The notes: generated from the sequence alone by a model not told the origin. A DNA stretch of 64,000 nt from Candidatus Saccharimonadota bacterium (GCA_016432585.1 CP066696.1:388113-452112), one strand, 5' to 3'; numbered from the stretch's first letter, positions 40,516-48,830 are shown. Numbers and translations are program-made.

Positions 40516-40545
40516 AAAACACCCGCTTTTAGTGGGTGTTTTTTG
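40516..40545 (+). terminator. rplS terminator
   Basis: ACACCCGC-TTTTA-GTGGGTGT followed by TTTTT. Confidence 0.75.
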
Positions 40546-40563
40546 TGTCGTCATATGGTGAAA

Positions 40564-40621
40564 CCCCGCTCCTATGAGCGAGATCTCACCATAAATGAGG
40601 TTCTCGCTGACTGTAGCGGGG
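40564..40621 (-). terminator. long composite hairpin (7+7+4 bp) 10 nt downstream of the 99-aa island gene
   Basis: CCCCGCT/AGCGGGG, AGCGAGA/TCTCGCT and CTCA/TGAG nested stems. Only a short U-run follows on the minus strand. Confidence 0.4.
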
Positions 40622-40631
40622 TAGGGGCTGG

Positions 40632-40931
40632 TCAGATACGGCCGAGGCGGTCGGCAATCTCCAGCTTGGCGTGGCTCCGAGCATCCTCTCCGTCGAACAT
40701 GGCGTCGGTGAAGTTGTCGGTCATGGTGAAGAGTAGGCGCTTCATCGCGTCGGGCGTATCCAGCTCGCTGATCTTGCGGACCAGCATGTCGGCGAATTCC
40801 TCGACGGTCATCGTCTTGCCAGCCTCCTCGAGGAGAAGGCCGGGGAGTTCTCGTGGGGTTTTGTCGAAGCCCACGATCCCTCTCAGTCGACGCTCCATGA
40901 GTCGAGTGTCGACCAGTCTAACATTTGACAT
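40632..40931 (-). CDS. hypothetical protein (99 aa) in a GC-rich insertion
   Basis: GGAGG SD 7 nt before ATG 40931. Own TTGACA-17-TATTGT promoter. About 59% GC by hand count. No family recognised. Confidence 0.6.
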   Translation of the reverse strand: MSNVRLVDTRLMERRLRGIVGFDKTPRELPGLLLEEAGKTMTVEEFADMLVRKISELDTPDAMKRLLFTMTDNFTDAMFDGEDARSHAKLEIADRLGRI

Positions 40932-40936
40932 GTCAA
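40925..40936. repeat. perfect 12-bp palindrome TTGACATGTCAA centred on the start codon of the 99-aa island gene
   Basis: Read directly. A related half-site, TGTCAA, recurs at that gene's -35 (40993-40998). Confidence 0.6.
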
Positions 40937-40969
40937 AGCCTCCAAGCAGAAAGGTAACTAACCGAATGA

Positions 40970-40998
40970 ACAATAAATGATTTATGTGCATGTGTCAA
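40970..40998 (-). promoter_or_regulatory. promoter TTGACA-17-TATTGT for the 99-aa island gene
   Basis: Minus-strand TTGACA at 40993-40998 and TATTGT at 40970-40975. Confidence 0.55.
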
Positions 40999-41017
40999 TG
41001 GTAAGAGATAAGATGAT

Positions 41018-41039
41018 AGTGCCCGCCGGGCCGGACACT
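41018..41039 (-). terminator. terminator hairpin of the 105-aa island gene
   Basis: On the minus strand: AGUGUCCG-GCCCGG-CGGGCACU (8 bp including one G.U that is a C/A mismatch on the + strand), followed by AUCAUCUUAUCUCUU. Confidence 0.5.
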
Positions 41040-41074
41040 ATCGCCGTAATCGACAGTGTGCGCAGATCAGCGGG

Positions 41075-41392
41075 CTACGCCTTAGTATCTACCTGCGCGA
41101 ATATTCGTAACGCCTCGCTCTGCACTCGTTGGTCGCGCACCAGTGCCTTGATATAGCCCGGCACGAGCATCGTCAGTGTTACGGCCATCGCCCCGCTTTG
41201 GAATCTCGTGCAGTATGCTTCGATTTCAGAGGTGAGCATGGTGACGACGCCCTCGGCGGTAAGGTCCGTCGATGAATAGTTGGCAACTTGGGAATGGAGA
41301 TACTGGGCGTGATGTTGACTGGGGCTGACTGTAGCCAGGCGCTGCAATACCTCGCGGCGCGCTGGCATCGTGAACGTTCGTCTACTCGACAT
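41075..41392 (-). CDS. hypothetical protein (105 aa) in a GC-rich insertion
   Basis: GGGGGAG SD before ATG 41392. Own TTGACT-17-TATTGT promoter and own terminator hairpin (41018-41039). No family recognised. Confidence 0.6.
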   Translation of the reverse strand: MSSRRTFTMPARREVLQRLATVSPSQHHAQYLHSQVANYSSTDLTAEGVVTMLTSEIEAYCTRFQSGAMAVTLTMLVPGYIKALVRDQRVQSEALRIFAQVDTKA

Positions 41393-41458
41393 GACTCCCC
41401 CTGTATTCGCAGGTTGTTAAGGTTAATTAAACAATACCACTGTACATATGGGGAGTCA
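41392..41458. repeat. 9-bp inverted repeat TGACTCCCC (41392-41400) / GGGGAGTCA (41450-41458) bracketing the promoter of the 105-aa island gene
   Basis: One arm overlaps the SD/start codon and the other overlaps the -35. Confidence 0.55.
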
Positions 41459-41459
41459 A
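41431..41459 (-). promoter_or_regulatory. promoter TTGACT-17-TATTGT (TGG-extended) for the 105-aa island gene
   Basis: Minus-strand TTGACT at 41454-41459 and TATTGT at 41431-41436. Confidence 0.55.
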
Positions 41460-41478
41460 TTTGTGCTACGATACATGT

Positions 41479-42405
41479 ATGATTGTGGGGATAGACGAGG
41501 TTGGCCGAGGGGCCTGGGCTGGGCCTATGGCCGTGGGTGCGGTACTTTTGGGCGGCGCCTCTATTGAAGGCCTTACAGACAGTAAAAAGCTAACGAAAAA
41601 ACAGCGCGAGCGCCTTGATATCGAAATACGACAGAAAGCGCTTGCTATTGGAATTGGCTGGGTGAGTGCGCGGACTATCGACGAGATAGGACTTAGCGCG
41701 GCGCTAAAATTAGCAGCAATGCGAGCCTTGGCGCATATACGCGGCGACTACAAAGAGATTATTATCGACGGCACGATCCGGCTTGTTGATGATCCGCGGG
41801 TAACGCTTATGGCCAAGGCGGATTTACTGGTGCCGAGCGTATCGGCTGCTTCTATTGTCGCTAAAGTGGCGCGGGATAATTACATGAAACATATTGATAA
41901 GGTGTTTCCAGGATACAAGTTTGGCAGTCATGTAGGATATGGCACGGCTAGCCACCGCGCTGCAATACAAGAAAAAGGCGTTTCGCCGATTCACCGTCTT
42001 TCGTACGCACCGCTTAAACAATATCAAGCTACTCCACGGATTGCTCCTGCGCCCAGTGTTCGCACGACAAAGCAAATAGGCGATACTGCTGAAAAAGTCG
42101 TTGAAGCACATCTTGCAAGTGTAGGCCATGTGATATTGGCGCGTAATTGGCGAACCAAGTACTGTGAAATCGATATTGTCTCGCGACTTGGTGATACGGT
42201 GTACTTTACAGAGGTAAAGTATCGAAAAACCGACAATCAGGGTGGAGGGCTTGCCGCAATTACAGCTAAAAAGCAGCGACAAATGGCATTTGCTGCCGAG
42301 TTTTATGCAACGAAAAACAACATGAGTGCGACAGACATGCGACTGGCTGCGGCCGACGTTGCCGGCCGCGTTCCGACGCTAAAGACTTTTCTAGAGCTTG
42401 GCTAG
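41479..42405 (+). CDS. rnhB: ribonuclease HII fused to a YraN (UPF0102) endonuclease-like domain
   Basis: The N-terminal ~190 aa are RNase HII (GIDEVGRGAWAGPM, DSKKLT, SAASIVAKV). The C-terminal ~100 aa are UPF0102/YraN (GDTAEKVVEAHL...ILARNWRTKYCEIDIV...VYFTEVKYR). Single uninterrupted frame. Confidence 0.85.
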   Translation: MIVGIDEVGRGAWAGPMAVGAVLLGGASIEGLTDSKKLTKKQRERLDIEIRQKALAIGIGWVSARTIDEIGLSAALKLAAMRALAHIRGDYKEIIIDGTIRLVDDPRVTLMAKADLLVPSVSAASIVAKVARDNYMKHIDKVFPGYKFGSHVGYGTASHRAAIQEKGVSPIHRLSYAPLKQYQATPRIAPAPSVRTTKQIGDTAEKVVEAHLASVGHVILARNWRTKYCEIDIVSRLGDTVYFTEVKYRKTDNQGGGLAAITAKKQRQMAFAAEFYATKNNMSATDMRLAAADVAGRVPTLKTFLELG

Positions 42406-44916
42406 GGCTTCTCGAACCTCGGGGCCATCGCGCTCGATAAGCTGTACTCGGCCTTCAATCTCGCCTATGCCGATTGTTATGACACGGGTAAGAGCAGGAA
42501 CATCAATCATGGGGCTAAAGAACGCCTTGTATTCTTCTAGCTGGTTTCGCGTCATTAACGACCCAGCTGCGTAACGAGGAAAATCGTCGTAGCTCTTATC
42601 GCCACTAAATGTTTGTTCAATCCATTTCCAGTTATCCTGAAGCCACTGCCATGCAATTGCGCGTCCACTGCGGTTTCGCATAAGCCACACCAGCCAATGC
42701 GTGGCGTCTTGGCTGCGTACGATCGTCCCTTGTTTTATAAGATCAAGCAGTTTGCTGATCGTGACCTCATTTTTAGTTGAGGTAAGTCCGCTTGCAATAT
42801 CTTGTTGAAGATCGGGTGATGGAGTCTTGCCGTACTTCTCGATCAGCGTGTCGACTAGCTCGCTTGTTTCGCCGTGGCGAACGGCTGTACCAACAATAAG
42901 TGCGCGCAGTTCGGCGTCGAGCTCTTCGAGGCTCTTCGAGGCATACAGCTCTTTTGCGGTGGCAAGCACATCGGCATCTTCGCTGTAGATCATCATACCA
43001 ATAATTGTCGCACGCATTTTTGTGTCGGTCTCTGACTCGTTTTCTTTAGCATCCCAGCCTAGGCGATTGTATTGTTTTCGTGCTATGGTTCCTGACAAAC
43101 TGCGAAGCTTGCGCTCTGCGTCTTTGTCGGTTTCAACGAATTTCTTTAGTTCGTTGATTGCAAGCGAGATAATATCCCACACCGCCTCGGCCGTTTCGTT
43201 TTTGTAAGCGTCTAGCAAGGGAATAAGCGACGCGGTAGAAACAAGGCCGCCCCGTGCAAGGAGCGTTTGTTCGTGAAGAAGCTGAAGCCGATCAACGACA
43301 TCGAGCTCTCCGTTTTCAACCTGCTGAATGAGCTGCGAAAGTAGATCGCCGTCGTACTGGGTAATAAAATGCGCGGTACTGCCAACGTTAAGACGCAGGG
43401 GTTCGCTCGATGTATGTTTAACAGTGATCTCTTTAGTAGTGAGCATCTGAGGGACATCGGTCGATGACGCTTTGAGCGGAATCGGCCACAGCTTGCTTGA
43501 GGGTTCGTGAGGTCCCACAAAGAACTGTTGCTGAGAGAGTGTTAGCATGTCGCCGTTTTGTGAAACCGTGACGACAGGATATCCCGATTGCGATATCCAG
43601 GTATTCATGAAATCTCCGATATTTTCGCCACTGGCGTCGCTTAATTCGTTCCATAGGTCATCGCCAGTGGTATTGCCGTATTTGTACTTTGCAAAGTACG
43701 ACGCAAGGCCCTTTTGGAAGGCTTCATCGCCAATATATTGCTGAAGCATGCGCATAAGACGGCCACCCTTGGCGTACACGATTGCACCGTCGAACAGCGT
43801 GCTGATTTCATCTGGGTGATTAACCTCTGTTTGAACGGGTTGAACGCCCTCAAGGCTATCGCGGCGAAGCGCATAAATAGATTCGGTTGTAACAAAATCG
43901 AGCCATACGCTCCAATCTGGATGGAGAGCGTCGGGCGCAAGGTGCTCCATAAGGTTAGCGAAGCTTTCGTTAAGCCACAAATTATTCCACCATTTCATTG
44001 TGACGAGATTGCCAAACCACTGGTGACTCAGCTCGTGTGCAACAACACCCGCAACGTAGTGCTTGCTGCTAACGCTCGTAGTCTCGGGGTCGACCAAAAG
44101 GGCAACCTCGCGGTAGGTGATAAGTCCCCAGTTTTCCATGGCTCCCGAGCTGAAATCTGGAAGCGCGACATGGTCAGACTTTGGCAATGGGTAAGGTGTG
44201 CCAAAATATTCGTTAAAGAAATCGATAGTTTCCACGGCGCTGTCGAGTGCAAAATCAAGGCTGCTAGCAGGCTGTGCTGGCGTGGCCCATACGTTCACCT
44301 CAACACCTTGCTTTGTAACGGCGGTTTTTTTGTGGAGTTCGCCCGCTACCCACGCCAAAAGATACACGCTCATGCGTGGTGTTGTATCAAAATGCGTGAC
44401 AAGTTTGTCGTTCTCGATTTGCTGTTGCTTGATAGGCATATTTCCAAGTACAACAATATCTTGCTCTGTCGTAAGCGCTACGTCGAACGTTGCCTTTGCT
44501 TCAGGCTCATCGATACATGGAAAAACCTCGCGCGCATGGTGGCTTTCAAATTGCGTCGCCAAAAGCTCCTTTTTTACACCGTCGTGTTCATAGTAGCAAG
44601 GGTAAAGACCATGCATACCATCAGTTATAGTGCCACTAAAGCCAATGGCGACAATATGGCGGCCTGCGTGAATATCCGGGTGAATGATACTTATTTCATC
44701 GTTCTCGCCCTGGTTAAAATCAGCCTCCTTGCCATCGACCGTTACGGATTCAATTGTCAGATCTTTTGCGTGAACTTTAATCTCGCCAGTAGAATCGGGC
44801 GAAGATCCGTTAATAGAAACCGTGCCGCTAAAAGTACGGCCTATGCGGTCGTGGTTTAGCGAGAGTTGGTAATGTTCGGGGACGAATTGGGTAATAAGGC
44901 GAGAAACAGTTTGCAT
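42391..44916 (-). CDS. pepN: aminopeptidase N (M1 family)
   Basis: 841 aa. GAMENWG exopeptidase motif and the HELSHQWFGN...WLNESFA zinc site. Confidence 0.9.
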   Translation of the reverse strand: MQTVSRLITQFVPEHYQLSLNHDRIGRTFSGTVSINGSSPDSTGEIKVHAKDLTIESVTVDGKEADFNQGENDEISIIHPDIHAGRHIVAIGFSGTITDGMHGLYPCYYEHDGVKKELLATQFESHHAREVFPCIDEPEAKATFDVALTTEQDIVVLGNMPIKQQQIENDKLVTHFDTTPRMSVYLLAWVAGELHKKTAVTKQGVEVNVWATPAQPASSLDFALDSAVETIDFFNEYFGTPYPLPKSDHVALPDFSSGAMENWGLITYREVALLVDPETTSVSSKHYVAGVVAHELSHQWFGNLVTMKWWNNLWLNESFANLMEHLAPDALHPDWSVWLDFVTTESIYALRRDSLEGVQPVQTEVNHPDEISTLFDGAIVYAKGGRLMRMLQQYIGDEAFQKGLASYFAKYKYGNTTGDDLWNELSDASGENIGDFMNTWISQSGYPVVTVSQNGDMLTLSQQQFFVGPHEPSSKLWPIPLKASSTDVPQMLTTKEITVKHTSSEPLRLNVGSTAHFITQYDGDLLSQLIQQVENGELDVVDRLQLLHEQTLLARGGLVSTASLIPLLDAYKNETAEAVWDIISLAINELKKFVETDKDAERKLRSLSGTIARKQYNRLGWDAKENESETDTKMRATIIGMMIYSEDADVLATAKELYASKSLEELDAELRALIVGTAVRHGETSELVDTLIEKYGKTPSPDLQQDIASGLTSTKNEVTISKLLDLIKQGTIVRSQDATHWLVWLMRNRSGRAIAWQWLQDNWKWIEQTFSGDKSYDDFPRYAAGSLMTRNQLEEYKAFFSPMIDVPALTRVITIGIGEIEGRVQLIERDGPEVREALAKL

Positions 44917-44948
44917 GTAATCTATTGTAACAAAGGTATACTAGTATT

Positions 44949-45638
44949 ATGAAACGCACCTACCGTATCCGACGCTTTGTTGCGGTGATTGTAGCGACGA
45001 TTGGACTCGGCGCTATTATTTTTACGCACCCCGATTTGCAACAGCCCATGGCGCCGCAGGCAACCGAAAATCAGGCAGCTAGCGAAGCGCAAACGGCACT
45101 AGATACACTAGAGGTAAAGGGGAGAGCGCCAAAAACCGGCTACGAACGCTCGCAGTTTGGTGATGGCTGGGCAAGCAGCGGCGGATGCGACACGCGAAAC
45201 AGTATCTTGCGCCGAGATTTGAGTAATGTGGCGATGAATGAAAAATGCCAAGTTGTCAGTGGTACACTAAACGACCCATATACTGGCAAGGTAATTATGT
45301 TCACACGTGGCGAAACATCTAGCCAATCGGTGCAGATCGATCATGTGGTGGCACTTAGCGACGCGTGGCAGAAAGGTGCGCAGCAATTGTCGTACGAGCG
45401 TCGTAAAGAGCTGGCAAACGACCCGTTGGAACTTTTGGCGGTAGAGGGCGCGGCGAATATGCAAAAATCAGATGGCGACGCGGCGACGTGGCTTCCACCA
45501 AATAAACCGTTTCGTTGTCAGTACGTGGCTCGGCAAATCGCCGTAAAAAAGAAATACAGCCTGTGGGTGACGGCTGCAGAAAAAGATGCAATGGTTCGTG
45601 TATTGGTGGCATGTCCTGCGCAAGGCTTGCCAAAGTAA
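44949..45638 (+). CDS. secreted/membrane-anchored HNH-type nuclease family protein (DUF1524-like)
   Basis: N-terminal TM/signal. GCDTRN, VQIDHVVALSDAW and NMQKSDGDAATWLP are typical of DUF1524 (GmrSD C-terminal-like) nucleases. Confidence 0.7.
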   Translation: MKRTYRIRRFVAVIVATIGLGAIIFTHPDLQQPMAPQATENQAASEAQTALDTLEVKGRAPKTGYERSQFGDGWASSGGCDTRNSILRRDLSNVAMNEKCQVVSGTLNDPYTGKVIMFTRGETSSQSVQIDHVVALSDAWQKGAQQLSYERRKELANDPLELLAVEGAANMQKSDGDAATWLPPNKPFRCQYVARQIAVKKKYSLWVTAAEKDAMVRVLVACPAQGLPK

Positions 45639-45651
45639 CTTTGAGGTGCTG

Positions 45652-45674
45652 GTCCCCGCCGTAACGGCGGGGAC
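45652..45674. terminator. 9-bp GC hairpin between the converging DUF1524 nuclease and GtrA-like genes (no U-tract)
   Basis: GTCCCCGCC-GTAAC-GGCGGGGAC. Confidence 0.5.
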
Positions 45675-45699
45675 GGCGAGTAGGACTCCTCGTTGGCAT

Positions 45700-46125
45700 T
45701 TACGCCGATTTTGGCTTGGGCCGACTCCTGAACACGTACCGGAACGTGCCGGTCATATTCAAGAAGCCGATCGTAATGCAGCAGATCAGATACGCCCACA
45801 TGTATGGGACGCTCAACGCTGCCACCAGCACCCAGAACAGGCATTGGCTGGCGATCATGGTGCCTGCCTTGAGGACGTGGTGGCGGCGCCACTGCGGCCA
45901 GAATGGCAGCTTGCGCTGTGCGGGATCGATACACCACCGGTTGAGGCAGAACTGTATCTGGTTCGATACGATTGTTCGTGCCCAGTTGGCGGTCACGGGA
46001 GCAACTCCCATGACGCTGACGAATAGTGCAAGGATGAGAGCGTTGCCGCCCGTCATGCCTGCGCCGATCAGCATGTACCTATACCGCTCGGGCGTTATGC
46101 CGATCTTACGTAGCAATCGGGTCAT
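45700..46125 (-). CDS. GtrA-like membrane protein in a GC-rich segment
   Basis: 141 aa, 4 TM. YRYMLIGAGMTGGNALI...NQIQFCLNRW resembles the GtrA pattern. AGGAG SD before ATG 46125. About 63% GC by hand count. Confidence 0.55.
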   Translation of the reverse strand: MTRLLRKIGITPERYRYMLIGAGMTGGNALILALFVSVMGVAPVTANWARTIVSNQIQFCLNRWCIDPAQRKLPFWPQWRRHHVLKAGTMIASQCLFWVLVAALSVPYMWAYLICCITIGFLNMTGTFRYVFRSRPKPKSA

Positions 46126-46159
46126 TTCGCTCCTAGTTCGAGGTCCAATCTCATATAAC

Positions 46160-46187
46160 ATATTAAAACATATCTACTAAAAGTCAA
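46160..46187 (-). promoter_or_regulatory. promoter TTGACT-16-TAATAT for the GtrA-like gene
   Basis: Minus-strand TTGACT at 46182-46187 and TAATAT at 46160-46165. Confidence 0.45.
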
Positions 46188-46225
46188 GGCGAGTCCGAAC
46201 AGCTGATTGCGATACAATAGAAGAT

Positions 46226-48550
46226 ATGAACGCCACTGAACTTGGTTTTGCAGCCGACCTGCCCATTTTTGATTATCACGAGGCGATTACGTCGGCAGTG
46301 GATGCAAATCAGGTTACTATAATTACAGCTGAAACCGGTGCGGGTAAAAGCACGCAGGTTCCGCAGTATTTGGCCGAGCACGGTTATAGTAAAGTGATTG
46401 TGACGCAGCCGCGTATTCTTGCGGCACGCAACCTGTCGCGGCGCGTCCGCGAAGAGCGTGCTATGCGTACAGGTGTGGATTCGGACGAACTAATTGGCTA
46501 CCGAACGGCGCATGAACGCGATGATGGGCCTGATACTCAGATTTTATACTGTACCGACGGTCTTCAGCTTGTGCGCGAGATTACTGGCAGTGGCACGAGT
46601 GAAAAGCAGGTACTTGTCCTGGACGAAATCCATGAATGGAACGAAAACATGGAGGTGTTGGTGGCATGGGCGAAAAAGCGTTGTCAGGAAGAGCCACGTT
46701 TTAAAGTGGTAATAATGAGTGCCACGATAGAGTCCGAAAACTTGGGTGCGTACTTTGGCACGACGTCTATCATTGCGGTGCCTGGTCGCAGCTACGAGGT
46801 AGTAAAACGTCGCGGAAAAGATCTGATAGCTGAGATTATGCAGCTTCTTGACACAAAAACGAGCAATATGTTGGTATTTTTGCCAGGTAAGGCCGAGATA
46901 GAGAATGTAGGCGAGGCGATTAAAAAGAAGGCACTTGCCAAGGGTGTCCCCGTTATTCCTTTGCATAGCCAGCTAGAGGCGTCTGCTCAGCAGCAGGCGT
47001 TTGCCTCGTATCCTAAGGGTAAAGTGATCCTCTCGACAAATATTGCACAGACCAGCGTTACGATAGATGATATCGACGTGGTAATAGATTCGGGTCTGGA
47101 GCGTCGCAGCGAGGTGCAAAACGGCGTCGAAGGGCTATTTATTGCCCAGATATCGCAGGCTGATAGTTTGCAGCGCGCTGGTCGTGCTGGTCGAACTAAA
47201 AACGGTGAGTATATTTTAGCGCCGTACGATACGATGCCATGTCTTGCTTTTGAAGATAGGCCGCCGTATGGCACGCCCGAAATCCTGCGCAAGCATATCG
47301 ATCGGCTGACGCTTCGGCTTGCAAATGTTGGGATTGATATCGAGCTTCTTGACTTTTATCATGCTCCGAGCCACCGCGCGCTTAAAAATGCCAAGCGTAC
47401 GCTTGTAGCGCTTGGCGCTCTTACGCAATCGGGTGAAGTAACGGCAACAGGCCGGCGCATGGAGCGGTTTCCGGTGGAATCTGCCTTTGCGCGCATGCTT
47501 GTAGAGGCCGAGATGTATTCGCAGGAAGTCCAGGCAAAACTTGCTGCAATTATCAGCATCCAAGAGGTGGGTGGAATCGTAAAAAGCAGCACCCGCTACA
47601 CTGCTTGGCGTTCGTTCACTCGCCAAACGAAGTCTGATCTTTTGGCACAGTACGATGTTTATTTGGCGATTCCGACTATAGACCCAGAGCAGTTTGAAGA
47701 CATGGGGATTATTGGCAAAAATGTCATTAAGGCCCAAGAAACGATGGAACGGCTCGATAGGGATTTGGGCTTTGATCCCAGTAAATTAACACCTATCGAA
47801 AGTCACGAGGTCGAGCCGCTGCTTAAGTGTATTGTCGCCGGGCAAATCGACCAGCTATGGACGGTCGAGCCCGACGGCACGGTGATTCATCTTTCGAACA
47901 ATCAAAAACGCGAGCTTTCAAGTGGTACTGTGGTAGCGCACCCGAAGTTGATTGCGGGCACGCCGTTTGATTTGCAGATCCCGACACCTAAGGGCGACCT
48001 TGAGACACTTCATTTAGTGCAGGGGGTTACTGCGGTCAATCCAGCATGGCTAGAAGGTCTTGTTCCACATTTATTTACGTCAAAGCCAGGCAAAATATAC
48101 TACGATAACGACCAGGGTGCATTGGTGATGCGTCAAGTCGTAAAGTTTAATGGGCGAACTGTTGAGGGTGCTGGTGTGCCGATCACCGATTCAAATCCGC
48201 GAACGCGGCGTATGTTTGCCGATCTTTACGGCGCATGGCTATACGAAAGGTTAGAGCGCGAAAGACGCAATCTTCGCAAGAGTCACAACCGGCGAATACC
48301 AGCAGTATTACTTAGGCAGTTGCAAAAGCAAGTCCGAACTATTACCGGTGGCGCAATATCCCTGGGCGAGCTTAGTCGTCAGCAGCGGGCCGAACTGGAA
48401 TCGCTCGGTAAAATGCAAACACATCTGGGCGATGCATTCATGGCGAAATTAGGAACATCACGAAAAGGTGGCGACCGCTCGGGACAGCAAAGACGAGGCT
48501 GGGAGCCTCGTCATAAACGCAAGTACGATCGTCGAAACGACTATCGTTAA
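46226..48550 (+). CDS. DEAH-box ATP-dependent helicase (HrpA/HrpB-like) with a basic C-terminal tail
   Basis: AETGAGKSTQVPQ, LDEIHEW, SAT, TNIAQTSVTIDDI and QRAGRAGR. The last ~60 aa are Arg/Lys-rich. Confidence 0.85.
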   Translation: MNATELGFAADLPIFDYHEAITSAVDANQVTIITAETGAGKSTQVPQYLAEHGYSKVIVTQPRILAARNLSRRVREERAMRTGVDSDELIGYRTAHERDDGPDTQILYCTDGLQLVREITGSGTSEKQVLVLDEIHEWNENMEVLVAWAKKRCQEEPRFKVVIMSATIESENLGAYFGTTSIIAVPGRSYEVVKRRGKDLIAEIMQLLDTKTSNMLVFLPGKAEIENVGEAIKKKALAKGVPVIPLHSQLEASAQQQAFASYPKGKVILSTNIAQTSVTIDDIDVVIDSGLERRSEVQNGVEGLFIAQISQADSLQRAGRAGRTKNGEYILAPYDTMPCLAFEDRPPYGTPEILRKHIDRLTLRLANVGIDIELLDFYHAPSHRALKNAKRTLVALGALTQSGEVTATGRRMERFPVESAFARMLVEAEMYSQEVQAKLAAIISIQEVGGIVKSSTRYTAWRSFTRQTKSDLLAQYDVYLAIPTIDPEQFEDMGIIGKNVIKAQETMERLDRDLGFDPSKLTPIESHEVEPLLKCIVAGQIDQLWTVEPDGTVIHLSNNQKRELSSGTVVAHPKLIAGTPFDLQIPTPKGDLETLHLVQGVTAVNPAWLEGLVPHLFTSKPGKIYYDNDQGALVMRQVVKFNGRTVEGAGVPITDSNPRTRRMFADLYGAWLYERLERERRNLRKSHNRRIPAVLLRQLQKQVRTITGGAISLGELSRQQRAELESLGKMQTHLGDAFMAKLGTSRKGGDRSGQQRRGWEPRHKRKYDRRNDYR

Positions 48551-48768
48551 CGCTTTTTAATGATTATTTCGAGATTAGAAATATACTGCGCCGGGTTAAC
48601 ATGCTTGTTTTTTCGAAGATAAGCCAGGTGAATCTCGACAAAAGGTAGTTGGCCATCGGGGTATTCCGTTGCGCTCGGGCTGTACATACTTTTGGTCGTC
48701 ATAGAAGGATCGTCCTGAAGCTCCCGTAGCTTTTCGGTGATTTCATCGATAGTCATAAATGGCTGCAT
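48547..48768 (-). CDS. hypothetical protein, 73 aa
   Basis: Clean ORF, convergent with the helicase and overlapping its stop by 4 nt. CATACT, then 6 nt, then ATG. Confidence 0.45.
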   Translation of the reverse strand: MQPFMTIDEITEKLRELQDDPSMTTKSMYSPSATEYPDGQLPFVEIHLAYLRKNKHVNPAQYISNLEIIIKKR

Positions 48769-48800
48769 GGTATCAGTATGCGCCTATTTGTCACTAAAAC

Positions 48801-48830
48801 CTAATCGAGAGGGGTTAGCCTCTCGATTAG
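48801..48830 (-). terminator. hsp20 terminator
   Basis: 12-bp perfect stem CTAATCGAGAGG/CCTCTCGATTAG, followed on the minus strand by GUUUUAG. Confidence 0.7.

Noticed and set aside
40606-41335. 12-nt direct repeat GCTGACTGTAGC (40606-17 and 41324-35) as att-like insertion scars.
   Set aside because: The second copy is inside the 105-aa coding region, not at the cassette boundary. There is no integrase, and a single 12-mer match found post hoc is weak evidence.
43714-44859. 381-aa ORF on the plus strand.
   Set aside because: It is antisense to pepN, which carries the GAMEN and HExxH-E motifs. The sequence is not protein-like.
45518-46180. Cluster of overlapping 114-154-aa ORFs in several frames (45518..45937 -, 45586..46026 +, 45716..46180 +, 45355..45699 -).
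   Set aside because: Stop-codon depletion in a ~63% GC patch produces them. Only the 45700..46125 minus frame has an SD, a promoter and a membrane-protein-like sequence. The same reasoning applies to 40543..40980 (+), opposite the 99-aa island gene.
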